64,000 nucleotides of DNA from Basidiobolus meristosporus CBS 931.73 (lineage: Eukaryota; Fungi; Basidiobolomycota), in the NCBI GenBank assembly GCA_002104905.1, contig MCFE01000046.1, positions 62,001 through 126,000 on the forward strand. The letters run 5' to 3'. Below the pieces are notes generated by a model. That model had not been told where the DNA came from, made no database searches, and saw only the letters and a program-made list of their open reading frames with translations. Of the stretch, positions 61,798-64,000 are shown one piece after another. Positions within the stretch are counted from its first letter, which is position 1. Each line of letters starts with the position of its first letter. A program made the position numbers and the translations under genes.

Positions 61798-63990
61798 ATA
61801 AAGCAAGGAAAGCACTATTCTGAGCAACATAATTAAGATTGAGTAAAATTACCAGTAACTGTATCATACCACTGGCATCATGGTAGAAATATAGTGCCAG
61901 ATAGTGCCGAAGAGTGCCAGATCGATCTGGCACTATAAACCGGCTGGCACTATGTGGCACTATCCAACGGAACAAGTCTATATACTAATCACAAAGCTGG
62001 ATAATATCTGGTATAATTAATGCTAATAACTAATCAGGGTAAACATCATATGGGGATAATATTGATAATATGGGCTAAGATTGGGATAATACCAATAAGA
62101 TAAAATATGGATGAGTATATCATAATGGCTATATGAATGAACTTGTCTGTGGGAGGTATGTTTACCCTACCACAGCGTAGTTTTGACTGATGTGTGCCAG
62201 CATGCTGGAGTTGCAAGGGATGGTAAGGAATTCAGCAAGGCATGCTGGTGCAATCTGGATGCTGTTGCTTGCAGTCTGTATTCTTCTTATTGAAGCTAAC
62301 CTTCTGACTCCTCAAGGTATTCACCTGTCCTCTGTCTGATACTTGGGAATTGCTGCTTGGATGAGTCCTGTGTATATTGCTCTTGGAAGCCACTTAGCTC
62401 TACTAATATATCATGTAGTACATTAGTTGTTTGTTGCAAAAACTCATTCAAAATCTCTTTGGTCCAAAGTGGAGGCACAAACAGATGCATCTGGCCTATT
62501 CTGTGTAAACTTCATGCAAAGTTGTTCCCACACAGCTTCCTCATCAGATTACCCACTCTCAGCTAATTCTTAGTTTCAATACTTGTCTTGTTATACATTG
62601 TCTTACATACATCTGCTGGTATTTTGATGTTGAGTTTATGCCACAGCTTTCTATTCAAACTCTTCCATATCTGTCAGCTCTCTGAGGTATTCAGCTCAGC
62701 TTGACTGATGAGGTGTGCTTAAATATCAGTATTAAGGCTCATCATAGACACTTGGGCCATACTAAAATCATTTGGTAAGAGCTCACATGGATCTGACATC
62801 AACTTTGCTTGTCTGGACCATGCTAGTGAGCTAGGGGATAGGTTTGTCTGGGTTGTAGTAAAGATGTGCTGAGACTTGGTATAGGGATCATAGTGATGGA
62901 TTTGGATACTTATACAATAGTCAATTGGCATCAACCTGGTCTTATATGAAATATTTATGAAAACTAATATGATTGTTGAATTTTCCATATATTATGCATG
63001 ATGCTTCTTGGATTGCATTAACATGGATCAGATCACATCAATTGCAGATCTCATCTTTGTTTATAGAGTCATGCTTAAAGCATCATTAAACTAACAAGTC
63101 ATTGTTTGAGGATGACTTATGCAACATAATGATGGTATATATAGCAATTGATGGAGATTTAATCATAATGCACAGAAAATTAGATAAATAAACCTGATTG
63201 TGCCAAATTGATTCAAATCAAATCAGCCTGATCACCCACCAATTTCAAAATGACTTACTCATCTGAATGGTCTTTTCTCATCAGTCCCATCACTAACACT
63301 GGATTTCCTTTGACACATTAGAGGAGATCCATACAAAGTATTGTGGGCCATCTGCCCCAATCTACTTGAGAAGATCCCTTGTTAAGGTTTTCTGCTATTA
63401 CAAGAACTATTGCCCTACAAGGTTTCATACCACCATACACGGCAACAAAAGTCCAAGAAGCTTTTATTCCCAGCTGACAGCAATGTTGAACCACCTTGCA
63501 GAGGGTATGAACAATTCAGAGCAAGCTTAGAATACTTGGTTTAGAAGCTCCTACAGACTTCCATATCCCAGAGTGTTGAGCAACAGGTTCCATGTTAGGA
63601 GTAACTTGGATACCTTCCTAGTTAGAATTAACAGACCTTCTAGAGGGCTGAGGCACTTTTATTCTGGTGTGTACAAGGCACACTGCATGAAGTTTCAACC
63701 ACTGTCTAACATTGAGGGTAATATCATCTGGCTCAGTGGGCTATTTGCTGGAAGTAGGCATGACAAAGCACTCTGGGTGTTGAATCATCCTAAACTCAGT
63801 AGTGGGGAGAAATGTATAGCAGGCCTAGCTTTTATAGGAGAGGATTGTCAGAGATTAGGATGTATTACAGCTTATAGCAAGCCAAGGAATGGTGTGCTTA
63901 GCAGGAAGCAGAAGCTCAACAATGTGATAATTAAACATCTCAGAGTGAGGGAAGAACACAAATCTGAATATCTGAACAGATTCATATATT

Positions 63991-64000
63991 AGACTTGTTC
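63991..64000. mobile_element. Terminus of a further PHIS or foldback element at the window edge
   Basis: AGACTTGTTC preceded by ATT, interrupting the old transposase. Confidence 0.8.

Larger units (their letters stand above)
58579..61979 (+). mobile_element. Youngest full-length PHIS-type DNA transposon (3401 bp)
   Basis: TIR AGACTTGTTCC/GGAACAAGTCT; 3-bp TSD ATA; two divergent ORFs; retains many CpG. Confidence 0.96.
57978..62174 (-). repeat. Solo LTR family C (about 793 bp), split by a young PHIS element
   Basis: Collinear with 36774-37577; TSD GTGT (57974-57977) / GCGT (62175-62178). Confidence 0.92.
57122..63990 (+). mobile_element. Old PHIS copy, outermost layer of a nest
   Basis: Left end TGACTTGTACCATTGTACTGTGCC; ORF1 split at 57977/62175; decayed transposase 63250-63990. 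Confidence 0.9.

Noticed and set aside
61860-61979. CRISPR-like or satellite array from GGCACTA repeats
   Set aside because: Short motifs in mixed orientation with irregular spacing; no constant repeat-spacer period and no cas genes.

Overview
This 64-kb window is eukaryotic, probably fungal, and consists almost entirely of nested transposable elements. I found no host gene, rRNA, tRNA or CRISPR array. The main components are: (1) a young Tf1/sushi-type chromovirus (7747-13426) with a self-priming PBS, a -1 frameshift signal (slippery heptamer, hairpin, possible pseudoknot), tandem heat-shock elements and an RT-thumb deletion; (2) a non-chromo Ty3/gypsy (22723-27659) inserted antisense into an older copy of its own family; (3) a near-intact Ty1/copia (46527-51212) broken by one in-frame TGA, with relics and many solo LTRs of two copia families; (4) a third gypsy family with a tRNA-Lys-like PBS whose two solo LTRs both sit in GCGT targets; (5) at least six copies or relics of a two-gene PIF/Harbinger-ISL2EU (PHIS)-type DNA transposon with AGACTTGTTCC termini and 3-bp A/T TSDs, plus foldback non-autonomous partners with about 347-bp arms; (6) scattered CACTA/EnSpm (tnp2) relics with a divergent accessory ORF. 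Strong CpG decay marks older copies. All counts were made by hand and no database search was run.
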